A stretch of 64,000 bases of DNA, counting the filler, from a bacterium (GTDB lineage: Bacteria > UBA9089 > CG2-30-40-21 > SBAY01): the NCBI GenBank assembly GCA_040757115.1. It is 8 parts of 8 records of this genome, joined end to end, with 100 filler letters (N's around TTAATTAATTAA, not from the genome) between each part and the next. Parts side by side here need not be neighbours in the genome. Positions count along the whole stretch, not along the records: positions 25,982 to 34,377 come from JBFLYA010000162.1; positions 34,478 to 42,843 come from JBFLYA010000163.1; 6 more parts are not named here. One strand, written 5' to 3'. Shown here one piece after another: positions 32,933 to 42,396 of this stretch. Within the stretch, counting starts at the first letter, position 1, and every line of letters starts with the position of its first letter. The notes under the pieces are model-generated. The model did no database searches and had not been told where the DNA came from. It saw only the letters and a program-made list of their open reading frames with translations. The position numbers and the translations under genes were made by a program.

Positions 32933-33373
32933 TTATTTATACCTTGTCACCTCTGGTGGTTTATAGAGAAGCTCTTTTGTGTAAATCATTCCCGCTCGAT
33001 TATAACACGCTAATTCATACTCACCAGTCATAGTCAAGGCATTTTTCGGACAGGCTTCGACACATAATCCACAAAACAGGCATCTGGCAATATTTATTTC
33101 AAAGGATATAACCTCTTTGTTATAATCTGTTCCCTCACCGGTAACAATTTTTATTGCCTGAGAAGGACACATCTGGGCACAAAGGCAACAGCCTACACAT
33201 CGTTCCTCGCCTTTCTCATCTATAGTTAATCTTTCCAATCCACGGTATCTATCGGCTACAATCCAGCGTTGTCGTGGATATTGCAAGGTAACCGACTTAA
33301 CAAATAAATGTCCAAAAGTGACGCATAATCCTTTTATAAGTTCTTTAATTGAGATAATTATATTCTGTCGCAT
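32933..33373 (-). CDS. nuoI: NADH-quinone oxidoreductase subunit I
   Basis: VTLQYP, RYRG, CVGCCLCAQMCP and CLFCGLCVEACP. Confidence 0.93.
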   Translation of the reverse strand: MRQNIIISIKELIKGLCVTFGHLFVKSVTLQYPRQRWIVADRYRGLERLTIDEKGEERCVGCCLCAQMCPSQAIKIVTGEGTDYNKEVISFEINIARCLFCGLCVEACPKNALTMTGEYELACYNRAGMIYTKELLYKPPEVTRYK

Positions 33374-33410
33374 CCTTTAATTTACCACCCTTATATTTAG
33401 TAATTGTAGA

Positions 33411-33744
33411 GTTCTGCAAAACTAAGAAACTGTAGTTTTTAAGCGGGTATTTAAAACCTCTATTTTTATCAATTTCCTCCAAAGAGCAAAATGCACAACT
33501 CGTTTATAGTTTATAGTGTATAGTGTATAGTTTATAGTCCTTCAACTATCAACTATCTACTATCAATTATCAACTATCTTTGCCAAAGTTCACTAAAATC
33601 ATCTCTTTCCTTTCAACGTTAACATTCTCGAAGTCCTTTTTGAAATTTGATTTGTAATTTTGCATTTTGATATTTATATTTGATATTTAATATTTAATAT
33701 TTGATATTTATTTGTTGTCTCCCCCAAATCCTATTTTGCAGAAC
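33411..33744. mobile_element. Composite MITE (TIR GTTCTGCAAAA) carrying a heptamer hairpin and a four-helix-bundle gene remnant
   Basis: GTTCTGCAAAA ... TTTTGCAGAAC; interior shared with 59468-59693. Confidence 0.7.
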
Positions 33745-33792
33745 CATATTAGTAATTGCTTAAATGGTAACTAAATTAGCAATTACTAATTT

Positions 33793-34224
33793 TTATCCCT
33801 TTTGACTTTCAGCCAACACCCTGACAATGTCAGATATAGAAAGTAATCCTGCGGGAAACTTTTTTGTCTCCCCTTCCTTTCCATAGACACCTTTTACCTC
33901 TTCCTGGATGAGTAACCGATGTATTTTTTTCTGACGCATTATCTGACAGGCATTCTCCAGAGGTTCCTCTTTATCAATAGCAATTACCCCTTTTGTCATA
34001 ATATCTTTAACTTTAACTTTAATTAAATCCTCACCAAATACCTTGACAACATCTGTTTCGGATAAAACGCCGATTAATCCTTCTTGAGAAGATGTAACCG
34101 CCAGTCCGCTGACCTTATTATCCGCCATTACTCTAACTGCTTGAGATACTGAGGCATTTTCCGGGATAATCAATACCCCTCTGACCATTACATCCTTTAC
34201 CTTTATAGATTTTAAGTCTTTCAT
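33793..34224 (-). CDS. CBS-pair protein
   Basis: KVKDVM...IGVLSETD and KVKDIM...GLLSISD. Confidence 0.9.
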   Translation of the reverse strand: MKDLKSIKVKDVMVRGVLIIPENASVSQAVRVMADNKVSGLAVTSSQEGLIGVLSETDVVKVFGEDLIKVKVKDIMTKGVIAIDKEEPLENACQIMRQKKIHRLLIQEEVKGVYGKEGETKKFPAGLLSISDIVRVLAESQKG

Positions 34225-34250
34225 ATCTACCTCCTATATTTAAAGTCCAA

Positions 34251-34377
34251 GTGCCTTTCACGAAATTCATAACTCCTTGATTAACAAGAAGTTACAAATA
34301 CACTTTTTTCTTATTGCCCTCCTGTTGTATAACCCCTTGATTTTCATAGACTTACAAATCATAGTTTGCTCGTTTTT
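34251..34377 (+). mobile_element. End of GTGCCTTTCACGAAATT-family repeat element
   Basis: Revcomp homolog at 51388-51532; related ends at 54434, 55622 and 55690-55710. Confidence 0.65.
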
Positions 34378-34477
34378 NNNNNNNNNNNNNNNNNNNNNNN
34401 NNNNNNNNNNNNNNNNNNNNNTTAATTAATTAANNNNNNNNNNNNNNNNNNNNNNNNNNNNNNNNNNNNNNNNNNNN

Positions 34478-34692
34478 ATATAATGAGAGAGCTTGTCGAT
34501 ATAGTAGGGATTGACAAATTTGTGCAAGGGATTGGAGAGGAGAAGGTAATTCGTAGCATTGGGGAAAAGAAGGTAATTCGTAGCATTGGGGAAAAAGAGG
34601 TAATCCGTACCATTGGCGAAGAGAATTTATTGAAAGATCTTATACATCTCCTTGGCAAAGAGAAGATAAAAAAGATGTTGAAGGAAAATTAA
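34478..34692 (+). CDS. C-terminal fragment with 9-aa tandem repeats
   Basis: (IGEEKVIRS)-like x4, 27-nt units; at contig start. Confidence 0.55.
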
Positions 34693-34895
34693 GAAAATTA
34701 GAGATTAGCAAATTAGGAGAAGATGAGAGGATAAGAAGTTAAGAGGATAAGAGATACAGATGGCGGATTGAAAAAATCGAAAATTAAACTGGTGTGTGGG
34801 TATCTATGTGTCTGGTAGTCTATGTAACGGAACTTCCCCTCTATTTAAAGGCAAAAATGTGGCTAAAAACTATTTTTCAGGAGGTAAAAAAAACG

Positions 34896-36725
34896 ATGTC
34901 AGTGAAAAAAGTTTTTCCCAGCCCTTTTGAAATTGAAACACCAGAGGGTGCAAACGGATGGAAGGAAATGTATCCTTACTATCTCTTGTTTAGTGAAGAG
35001 CGTAAAGAACTTGAAGAAGAGAGATTTTGGTTTTGCGATACGATGCATTGGACAACCCCACTCTATCCCTTTGACATTTTTACCGCAGAAAGTGCTATAT
35101 CTGCTCTGGGTCGTTATAACACCCGTGTTTGGCTTATCCCACCCGCACTGGGCATAGATATAAGGTTACTTAATGGCTTCATATATCTAAGTCCTTTAAC
35201 GGTTGATGACCCCGAGGAGATAACAGAAAGGCTAAAGGATTTTAGTCAGCGGGCAGGGTTTTATTATCAAAATTGGGATAGCCTTTATGCTAAATGGAAG
35301 GAAAAGGTAACCAGAGAAATAGAAGGATTAAAATCAATCGCCATTCCTGATTTACCCGAAAAAGAAGACCTCCAGAAGATAACCGATGCGGTTGGCATTT
35401 CCACCGGATTTTCCCTTCTTTCTGCCTACAATCAACTCATAGAAAGTATGACTAAAATCTGGGAATACCACTTTGAGTTCTTAAATTTAGGGTATGCCGC
35501 TTTTCTTGATTTTTCTTGCTTTATGAAAGGTATTTTCCCTGATATTTCAGACCAGACGATTACTAAAATGGTGGCGGGTATAGATGTTATTTTATTTCGA
35601 CCAGATAATGAATTGAGAAGATTATCTAAATTAGCAGTAGAACTCAATCTATCCGAGATATTTCTTGAAGGACAAATACCTGAGGCAATCATCGAAAGAT
35701 TGCAAAGGACTGACTCAGGTAAACAATGGTTAAACAGTTTGGAAGAGATTAAAGACCCCTGGTTCTATTTCAACTCTGGCACAGGGTTCTATCATACACC
35801 CCGAAGTTGGATAGATGATTTATCTATTCCCTTTTCAGCCATTGCTGGATATATCAAAAAATTACAGGCTGGAGAAAATATAGAGAGGAAAACAGAAAAA
35901 ATAGTAGAAGAAGGAGAGAAACTAAAAGAGGGGTATTTTTCGTTATTAAGAAGTGATGAGGATAAAAAGGTTTTCCTGGAAAAATTCTCTCTGGCTAAAA
36001 CCGTATTTAGTTATGTTGAGGAGCATAATTTTTATGTTGAGCACTGGCACCATACTATCTTCTGGAATAAGATGCGTGAGGTAGGGAAGATTTTAGCAAA
36101 AAGTGGCTTCTTTGCGCAAGAAGAGGATATATTTTATTTAAACAGATATGAAATCTCACAAGCCCTCTATGACCTATATTCATCCTGGGGGATTGGTTCT
36201 CTTCCCAAGGGACCTCAATATTGGCCAAAAATAATCTTAAAGAGGAAAGAAATAATCAAGGCACTTGAGAAATGGCAGCCTGTTCCTGCCTTAGGACCAC
36301 CACCGGAGAAGATTACTGAACCATTTACCATTATGCTCTGGGGAATTGTTTCAGAAAAGATAGACGCCTGGCTTGAGGCTATGAGTGGGGAGCAAAAAGA
36401 GGGAGCATTGCTGAGAGGGCACCCTGCTTCACCGGGGGTAGTTGAAGGAATTGCCAGAATAGTGCTTTCAACCGATGACCTGCCTGATGTTCAGGAAGAC
36501 GAGATAATGGTCTGCCCAATTACTACACCATCCTGGACGCCTGTGTTTGCCAGGATAAAAGGTGTAGTGGCTAATGTTGGTGGGATGATGAGCCATGCCG
36601 CCATTGTCTGCAGGGAATACGGCTTGCCTGCGGTGGTAGGCACAGGCTTTGGAACTCGATTGATTAAAACAGGCCAATATTTAAGAGTTGATGGAACTAA
36701 AGGGATAGTGGAGATTGTAAAATAA
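34896..36725 (+). CDS. Phenylphosphate synthase alpha-like PEP-utilising (phospho-His) subunit
   Basis: GWKEMYPY, YHFEFLNLGYAA, HNFYVEHW, GGMMSHAAIVCREYG; GGAGG RBS before ATG 34896. Confidence 0.85.
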   Translation: MSVKKVFPSPFEIETPEGANGWKEMYPYYLLFSEERKELEEERFWFCDTMHWTTPLYPFDIFTAESAISALGRYNTRVWLIPPALGIDIRLLNGFIYLSPLTVDDPEEITERLKDFSQRAGFYYQNWDSLYAKWKEKVTREIEGLKSIAIPDLPEKEDLQKITDAVGISTGFSLLSAYNQLIESMTKIWEYHFEFLNLGYAAFLDFSCFMKGIFPDISDQTITKMVAGIDVILFRPDNELRRLSKLAVELNLSEIFLEGQIPEAIIERLQRTDSGKQWLNSLEEIKDPWFYFNSGTGFYHTPRSWIDDLSIPFSAIAGYIKKLQAGENIERKTEKIVEEGEKLKEGYFSLLRSDEDKKVFLEKFSLAKTVFSYVEEHNFYVEHWHHTIFWNKMREVGKILAKSGFFAQEEDIFYLNRYEISQALYDLYSSWGIGSLPKGPQYWPKIILKRKEIIKALEKWQPVPALGPPPEKITEPFTIMLWGIVSEKIDAWLEAMSGEQKEGALLRGHPASPGVVEGIARIVLSTDDLPDVQEDEIMVCPITTPSWTPVFARIKGVVANVGGMMSHAAIVCREYGLPAVVGTGFGTRLIKTGQYLRVDGTKGIVEIVK

Positions 36726-36838
36726 AGAAATACATAACCACAAATTTGTGGTTGATATATTTTATTTGCTTTAATTCTGCATTATTTGCTAAAACAGTTA
36801 AGAGAAAAACTACCAGATTTTAAAAGGAGGGAAAAACT

Positions 36839-37264
36839 ATGCCAGTAATTGCTGTTCCCAGAGTTTTGAGGGAAAAATTAGGGGAAGATGGGGTGGATTC
36901 CTTAGTTGAACTCTTCAACAAATCAGAAGAAAGAATAAAGGAAGATGTTATTACCCTATCAGCAGAGAAATTCGCAAGAAGGCTTTCTGAGGAAATCAGT
37001 GGAGTAAGGTCAGATATTGCAATCATGGAAGGGAAACTTGAGGCAAGAATTTCTGGAGTAAGGGCTGAAATGAAAGAGGAAGTTACCTCTCTTAGGGCTG
37101 AAATGAAAGAGGAAGTTACCTCTCTTAGGGCTGAAATGAAAGAGGAAACTTCAAAAATCAGAGTTGAAATGGCACAGTTCAAATCAGAAATTATCAAATG
37201 GATGTTTCTATTCTGGATAGGGCAGATTGCTTGTATGGCTGGAATTGTGAAGTGGTTGAGGTAA
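36839..37264 (+). CDS. DUF1640/CCDC90-like coiled-coil protein with 33-nt tandem repeats
   Basis: (RAEMKEEVTSL)x~2.7, KSEIIKWMFLFWIGQ tail. Confidence 0.75.
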   Translation: MPVIAVPRVLREKLGEDGVDSLVELFNKSEERIKEDVITLSAEKFARRLSEEISGVRSDIAIMEGKLEARISGVRAEMKEEVTSLRAEMKEEVTSLRAEMKEETSKIRVEMAQFKSEIIKWMFLFWIGQIACMAGIVKWLR

Positions 37265-37297
37265 AGATAAGAGACAAAAATTTCAGGAAAGAACTCT

Positions 37298-38128
37298 ATG
37301 TACATTAAATGGGATAACGAAATGGTTACATCTGAGGAGGTGGGCAATAAAGCCGCTAATTTATTTGAATTGAAAAGGATAAGTATATCTGTCCCACTGG
37401 GTTTTGTGGTTACCAAAAAGGCATTTGTGGACTTTGTGGCTACACATCAGCTCTATGACTTAGGGCAAAATATTGGTAATCTTTTGGTAGGACTTGAGAT
37501 GCCAGATAAAATGGCTAATGAAATAAGCCATGCCTGCCAACTCCTTTCATCAAGGGTTAAAAAAGAAAGCCGGTTTGCGGTCAGGTCTTCCTCAAGTAGG
37601 GAGGATTTACCACATACAAGCTTTGCCGGAATGTATGAGACATTCCTTAATGTAAAAGAGACAGATGTTTTAAAAAGCATTAAGGGATGCTGGCAGAGCA
37701 CCTTTAATCCCCATTTGTTAAGCTATTTACAGGTATTGGGAAAAGGATACCAGGATATACAGGAGATAGCCATGGGGGTAATTGTTCAGGAGATGATAAA
37801 CTCAACATTTGCGGGCGTTCTGATGACCATAGACCCAATCAGCGGCGACCCCTCGAAGATGGTTATTGAATATGCAAAGGAAGATTCTGTTACATCAGGC
37901 GAGGGAACACCAAATCGTCTGATGATTGACAAAATTACCAACCAGATAGATAAAATAAATGGAGAGATTTTAGAAGAAAGATATAGATATCAACTTGCTA
38001 ATCTGGCTAAAAGGATAGAGCAACACTTTGGCTCTTATCAGGATATAGAATGGGCAATTGATAAGGAAAATGGAGAGCTCATCATCTTACAGGCAAGACC
38101 AGAAAGTGTATGGAATAGAAGAAATTAG
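37298..38128 (+). CDS. PEP/pyruvate-binding (ATP-grasp) subunit, phenylphosphate synthase beta-like
   Basis: VGNKAANL, FAVRSS, SFAGMYETFLNV, DIEWAID, LQARP. Confidence 0.85.
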   Translation: MYIKWDNEMVTSEEVGNKAANLFELKRISISVPLGFVVTKKAFVDFVATHQLYDLGQNIGNLLVGLEMPDKMANEISHACQLLSSRVKKESRFAVRSSSSREDLPHTSFAGMYETFLNVKETDVLKSIKGCWQSTFNPHLLSYLQVLGKGYQDIQEIAMGVIVQEMINSTFAGVLMTIDPISGDPSKMVIEYAKEDSVTSGEGTPNRLMIDKITNQIDKINGEILEERYRYQLANLAKRIEQHFGSYQDIEWAIDKENGELIILQARPESVWNRRN

Positions 38129-38204
38129 TGCCTTGTCACTACTCAATTACTGGGTAGAGTTTCATAAGCGTTCAGCATTTAGCCATCTTTTAGCTAAAAA
38201 AAGC

Positions 38205-38312
38205 GTAACCGTTCAGGGTGTAATGAAGGAAAAATGGAAAAACTGGGGAAAAAAGATATTTTCCTCTCTGTTCCTCTGCGTCTCTGCGGTAAATTACCAC
38301 CTGAACGGTTAC
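38205..38312. mobile_element. 108-bp MITE with 13-bp TIRs and 8-bp TSD
   Basis: GTAACCGTTCAGG...CCTGAACGGTTAC flanked on both sides by AAAAAAGC. Confidence 0.88.
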
Positions 38313-38343
38313 AAAAAAGCGAACTGATTAGGAGTGAAACATT

Positions 38344-40371
38344 ATGAATGAAATTTTTGATGTTATCTTGGAAAGGGCAAAAAAATATTGTCGGGATGAG
38401 TTTGATGTAATTCATCTCGAAAAAGCCTTAGAGATGACAAAAAGGTTAATGGCTATAGAAGGCGGCGATGAAAGGATTATCATCCCGGCAATTCTTCTTC
38501 ACGATACAGGCTGGAGTACCTTTTCCTTTGAGGAAGAAGGGATGATTAGATTGCCTCCCTCCCTTTCAGAAAATTTGAATGGAAGAGGAATTGCCTTTTC
38601 AAATGCCATCTTACTCCATAAGCATGAGATAGAAAGTAGCCTTATCGCTCAAAATATCCTTTCAGAACTTAAATTTCCAACAGACGAAAAGGAAAAGATT
38701 GTTGAGATTATCACCGGACATGATAGTAGAAAACAACCAATCTCAAAAGAGGACGAGGTGGTTAAAGATGGAGACAGACTCTCAAGATACACACCAGAAT
38801 TGTTTTCTGCTCTATGCCAGAAATTTAATCTTGGTGAAGAGGAATTTTTTAAATACCTTAATTTTAATATAGAAAAATGGTTTTACTCTGATACAGCCAA
38901 AACAATAGCCAGGAAATATCTATTAAGAAAAAGGCTAAAGATTTCTGAGGCTGAGTGGCTAACTGGGATAATGGGTAGATTTTTTAATCTTTTCCTTAGA
39001 TTAGAAGGTGAAGCTATTAAAATAACCAAAAAACATGGGGAAAAGATAATGATAAGCCTTACCAGAGAAATAGTCTATAATCTCAAAAAAGCAATAGAAA
39101 TCTATCTTTCATCTCTGCCTTCTGCAACCCTTAAAGGGCTTCAGGAAGATAAAAGGTTTTGTTCCCTTGTTTCTCAAAAGATAGGGGAATTTGGCTACAT
39201 TGGCATTATAGATAGAGAGAGTGGCAGGATTATCTTTCATCCTGATAAAGGGTTGATTAACTTACCCAGAAAAGAACTTAAAGAGAAAAAGAGACCTGCT
39301 CAATATCTCTATGGTTTTTGGAATGTCTATAACCGGGCTTTAAATGGTGAAGAATTCTACGCGCCATATCAGGGGCTAAATGACAAAGGAGAAATTGTAG
39401 ATAAAATTTGGTATGTTGTCCCCATGGATAGCGGGGAATTAAAATGGGCTATAGTTGGAGCGGCTGTTTATGATGATTTTCATAAGCCAATAGACCTTTT
39501 AAGTCAAGATATTATTTACTCCCTTGGTGAGGTTTCCAATCAACTCTATTCCTTACTCAATCTGGTTGATGAACAGAACAAGAAATTAGAAAGACTTAAT
39601 GAAGGGCTTAAACAAGAAATAATTGAACGGCAGCAGGCGGAGGAAAAACTCATTGCCGCAGAGAAATTAGCCGCAGCAAGCCAGATTGCGGCTGAGTCTG
39701 CCCATGAGATAAAAAATCCTTTAACGGTGATTAAGGGTGGAGTCTATTACCTGTCTCAGATTCTAGCCAAAGACGAAATTATCAAAAAAACACTTGGCCA
39801 GATTGATAAAGCTGTAGATAGGGCAACATCTTACATAAACAGCCTTCTATCCTTCTCAAGACCACCTATACTTAAGGTTAGCTCTGTAGATATAAATAAT
39901 CTACTCCAGGAGACATTAAAAGACTTAGAGAATGAGATGAAGGCAGAGGTGAAAATAAAAGAGAATTTAACTAAATCTCTCCCTCCCCTAAAAGCTGACC
40001 CAGAACAACTAAAAGCAGTTTTCTTTAATCTCATCAAGAATGCCATTGAATCTATGGGAGAAAGAGAAGAAAAAAGATTGGAGATTAACACTCAGGAGGT
40101 TACCCATAAAGAAGGTAGGTTTGTCTTGATAAGGATTAAAGATAATGGTGTGGGTATTCGTAGCAAAGAGGTAGAAAAGATATTTAACCCCTTTTATACC
40201 ACTAAGGGAAAAGGCACAGGTTTGGGTTTGGCTATCTGCCAGCGCATCATCGAAGCACATCAGGGAAAGATTGGAGTAGAAAGTAAAGAAGGAAAAGGAG
40301 CAACATTTACGATTAAATTGCCCCAAAAAACGGATATGTCCACGACGGAGAGTGGAGACAAACAGGGATGA
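38344..40371 (+). CDS. Cytoplasmic histidine kinase with N-terminal HD domain and central Cache/PAS-like segment
   Basis: H...ILLHDTG...H...HD...DGDRL; AHEIKNPL; NLIKNA, DNGVGI, GTGLGL; no TM. Confidence 0.85.
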   Translation: MNEIFDVILERAKKYCRDEFDVIHLEKALEMTKRLMAIEGGDERIIIPAILLHDTGWSTFSFEEEGMIRLPPSLSENLNGRGIAFSNAILLHKHEIESSLIAQNILSELKFPTDEKEKIVEIITGHDSRKQPISKEDEVVKDGDRLSRYTPELFSALCQKFNLGEEEFFKYLNFNIEKWFYSDTAKTIARKYLLRKRLKISEAEWLTGIMGRFFNLFLRLEGEAIKITKKHGEKIMISLTREIVYNLKKAIEIYLSSLPSATLKGLQEDKRFCSLVSQKIGEFGYIGIIDRESGRIIFHPDKGLINLPRKELKEKKRPAQYLYGFWNVYNRALNGEEFYAPYQGLNDKGEIVDKIWYVVPMDSGELKWAIVGAAVYDDFHKPIDLLSQDIIYSLGEVSNQLYSLLNLVDEQNKKLERLNEGLKQEIIERQQAEEKLIAAEKLAAASQIAAESAHEIKNPLTVIKGGVYYLSQILAKDEIIKKTLGQIDKAVDRATSYINSLLSFSRPPILKVSSVDINNLLQETLKDLENEMKAEVKIKENLTKSLPPLKADPEQLKAVFFNLIKNAIESMGEREEKRLEINTQEVTHKEGRFVLIRIKDNGVGIRSKEVEKIFNPFYTTKGKGTGLGLAICQRIIEAHQGKIGVESKEGKGATFTIKLPQKTDMSTTESGDKQG

Positions 40372-40428
40372 AAATAAATTATTTTGTCAGAGAGCTCAGA
40401 AAAGTCAGAGTTTTTCAGGAGTAAGCCA

Positions 40429-41145
40429 ATGGCTAAAATTTTAATTGTTGATGATGAACCAGATTTAGCAGATGTGTTGAAACACATCCTTAAGATTAAA
40501 TGTTATGAAGTAAAGCCTGTTCTGGATGGTTATCAGGCTATTGAAGAGGTAAAAAAGACCCATTATGACCTTATCCTGATGGATATCAGGTTACCTGGTT
40601 TAAATGGGGTGGAGACATTTCTTCAAATTAAAGAGATTGATAAAAACACAACGGTAATTATGATGACGGGTTTTGCAGTAGAGGATTTAATAGAGACCGC
40701 TTTGGAAAGAGGGGCTTATGCCTGCCTTCATAAACCATTTGACTTAGACAAGGTCATAACCTTGATTGCCAAAGCCATCAGTGAGAATCGCCCAACTATT
40801 TTAATTGTCGATGATGATGAAGGGATAAGAAAGAATTTATGTCGTATTCTTGAAGAAAAGGGGTATCGGATTTATTTGGCTAAAGATGGGCAAGAAGCTT
40901 TACTAATGCTTAAAACGGGATTATATCACTGTATTATCCTTGATCTCAAACTTCCGAAAGTAGATGGGATTGTTGTTTTGAAAGAGGCTAAACAAGTAAA
41001 TCCTAATGTGGTAGTCATTGTCATTACAGGCTATGATTTGCCAGATTTACTTAACGAAGCCAGGCATTTATCCGCTTATGCCTGTCTGAAAAAGCCAATT
41101 GATATGACTGAATTATTGAGGTTGCTGAAAGAGACGATAAAATGA
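40429..41145 (+). CDS. Double receiver-domain response regulator
   Basis: ILIVDD...MDIRLPG...KP twice; no output domain; AGGAG before ATG 40429. Confidence 0.9.
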   Translation: MAKILIVDDEPDLADVLKHILKIKCYEVKPVLDGYQAIEEVKKTHYDLILMDIRLPGLNGVETFLQIKEIDKNTTVIMMTGFAVEDLIETALERGAYACLHKPFDLDKVITLIAKAISENRPTILIVDDDEGIRKNLCRILEEKGYRIYLAKDGQEALLMLKTGLYHCIILDLKLPKVDGIVVLKEAKQVNPNVVVIVITGYDLPDLLNEARHLSAYACLKKPIDMTELLRLLKETIK

Positions 41146-41172
41146 GAAGCGGTTATGTCCAGGGAAGTGGAG

Positions 41173-41473
41173 CTGGAGTTTCGTGAATTTTCTATGATTC
41201 CTTTCTCCTTTAATCTTTGCGTTCTTTGCGGTTGATTTCTTTACGTTCTTTGCGGTTAAAAAAAGATAAACCACAAAGGGCACAAAGTAGTAACGCAAAG
41301 GACACAAAGGGAAGAAAATAGGTGAAGCATTTTTTATCAACTCAACTTCAAAGGATAAGTTGCAAAAAAAAATCATCAGGCTTTTGAGCCTAATTTTGCC
41401 ATCTTTGAGCAAAATAAACAGATTGATAAGGTTCAGATAGCCTCAATGGCTCCTTAAATTAACGAAACTCCAG
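41173..41473. mobile_element. MITE, CTGGAGTTTCGTGAATT family, second copy
   Basis: CTGGAGTTTCGTGAATTT ... AAATTAACGAAACTCCAG; interior nearly identical to 5275-5587. Confidence 0.8.
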
Positions 41474-41483
41474 ACAAAAATAC

Positions 41484-41512
41484 TTGACATATTATCAGGT
41501 ATAATGTATAAT
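41484..41512 (+). promoter_or_regulatory. Sigma70 promoter
   Basis: TTGACA-N17-TATAAT with TG before the -10 box. Confidence 0.8.
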
Positions 41513-41577
41513 ATATATCCTGTATGTAGAATATCTAATTAAATGGTATGATGGATAACCTGTAAGGAGGATATAGG

Positions 41578-41787
41578 GTGTATAAAAGTGAGATATACTT
41601 ACAAGATGAACAACACGAAATATTAAGGGATATTGCCTATATTTTGACTAAACATACCAAAAAGCGGGTTAGTTTATCCGAACTTGTCCGAAAGGCAGTC
41701 AATCTCTGGATAGAAAAAGAAGGGATGGAAATTCTTAAAAATAATACTTGTGTTGGGAAATATATCGCTACGGATGAACACAAATAG
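41578..41787 (+). CDS. Ribbon-helix-helix/CopG-like small protein
   Basis: SEIYL...L...A.....VSLSELVRKAVN; AGGAGG RBS. Confidence 0.65.
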   Translation: MYKSEIYLQDEQHEILRDIAYILTKHTKKRVSLSELVRKAVNLWIEKEGMEILKNNTCVGKYIATDEHK

Positions 41788-41908
41788 TTCGTGAATCCAG
41801 ACAATTTGATTCTGGTAACTGGTGGTTAAATACCGTTTGGTTGAATTCACGGCGAAGTCATTTAACCAATTATCCGTTTGTCTATGATTTGTTCTTTGAT
41901 AAATTAAT

Positions 41909-41936
41909 TAAACTTTTTGCCCTAAAATGCCGATAA
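41909..41936 (+). promoter_or_regulatory. Sigma28 (FliA/SigD)-type promoter
   Basis: TAAA-N16-GCCGATAA directly upstream of flgB. Confidence 0.7.
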
Positions 41937-41960
41937 ATGTAAATGGAGGCAAAAAATATT

Positions 41961-42392
41961 ATGTTTGACCAATCTACCCATATGCAAACAGTGAAAATAT
42001 TAGAGAACTCACTGGATACTGCGACCTTACGGCAAAAGGTGATTGCGGATAATATTGCTAATGTTAATACGCCAGGTTTTAAGAAAAGTTATGTAAGTTT
42101 TGAAGATGAGCTTGCCCTGGCATTGCAGAAAAAGGAAACATCAAATTTTAAAGCAAGGACGACTGACCCTAAACATATTCAATTTTATAAACCACCAAAA
42201 CATCCAACTGCAGTTCGACCACGAATGTTTGTGGAAGATGATACTACTTTTCGTAATGACCTGAATAATGTTGATATAAATGCTGAAATGGCTAATTTAG
42301 CAAAAAATTCTATTATGTATGAGGCAGTAGTTAATAGAATAAGTGGTATGTTTCAGATGCTTGATATGGTAATAAGAGGAGGCACAAGATAG
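41961..42392 (+). CDS. flgB: Flagellar basal-body rod protein FlgB
   Basis: RQKVIADNIANVNTPGFK, RNDLNNVDINAEM; GGAGG RBS before ATG 41961. Confidence 0.93.
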   Translation: MFDQSTHMQTVKILENSLDTATLRQKVIADNIANVNTPGFKKSYVSFEDELALALQKKETSNFKARTTDPKHIQFYKPPKHPTAVRPRMFVEDDTTFRNDLNNVDINAEMANLAKNSIMYEAVVNRISGMFQMLDMVIRGGTR

Positions 42393-42396
42393 TATC

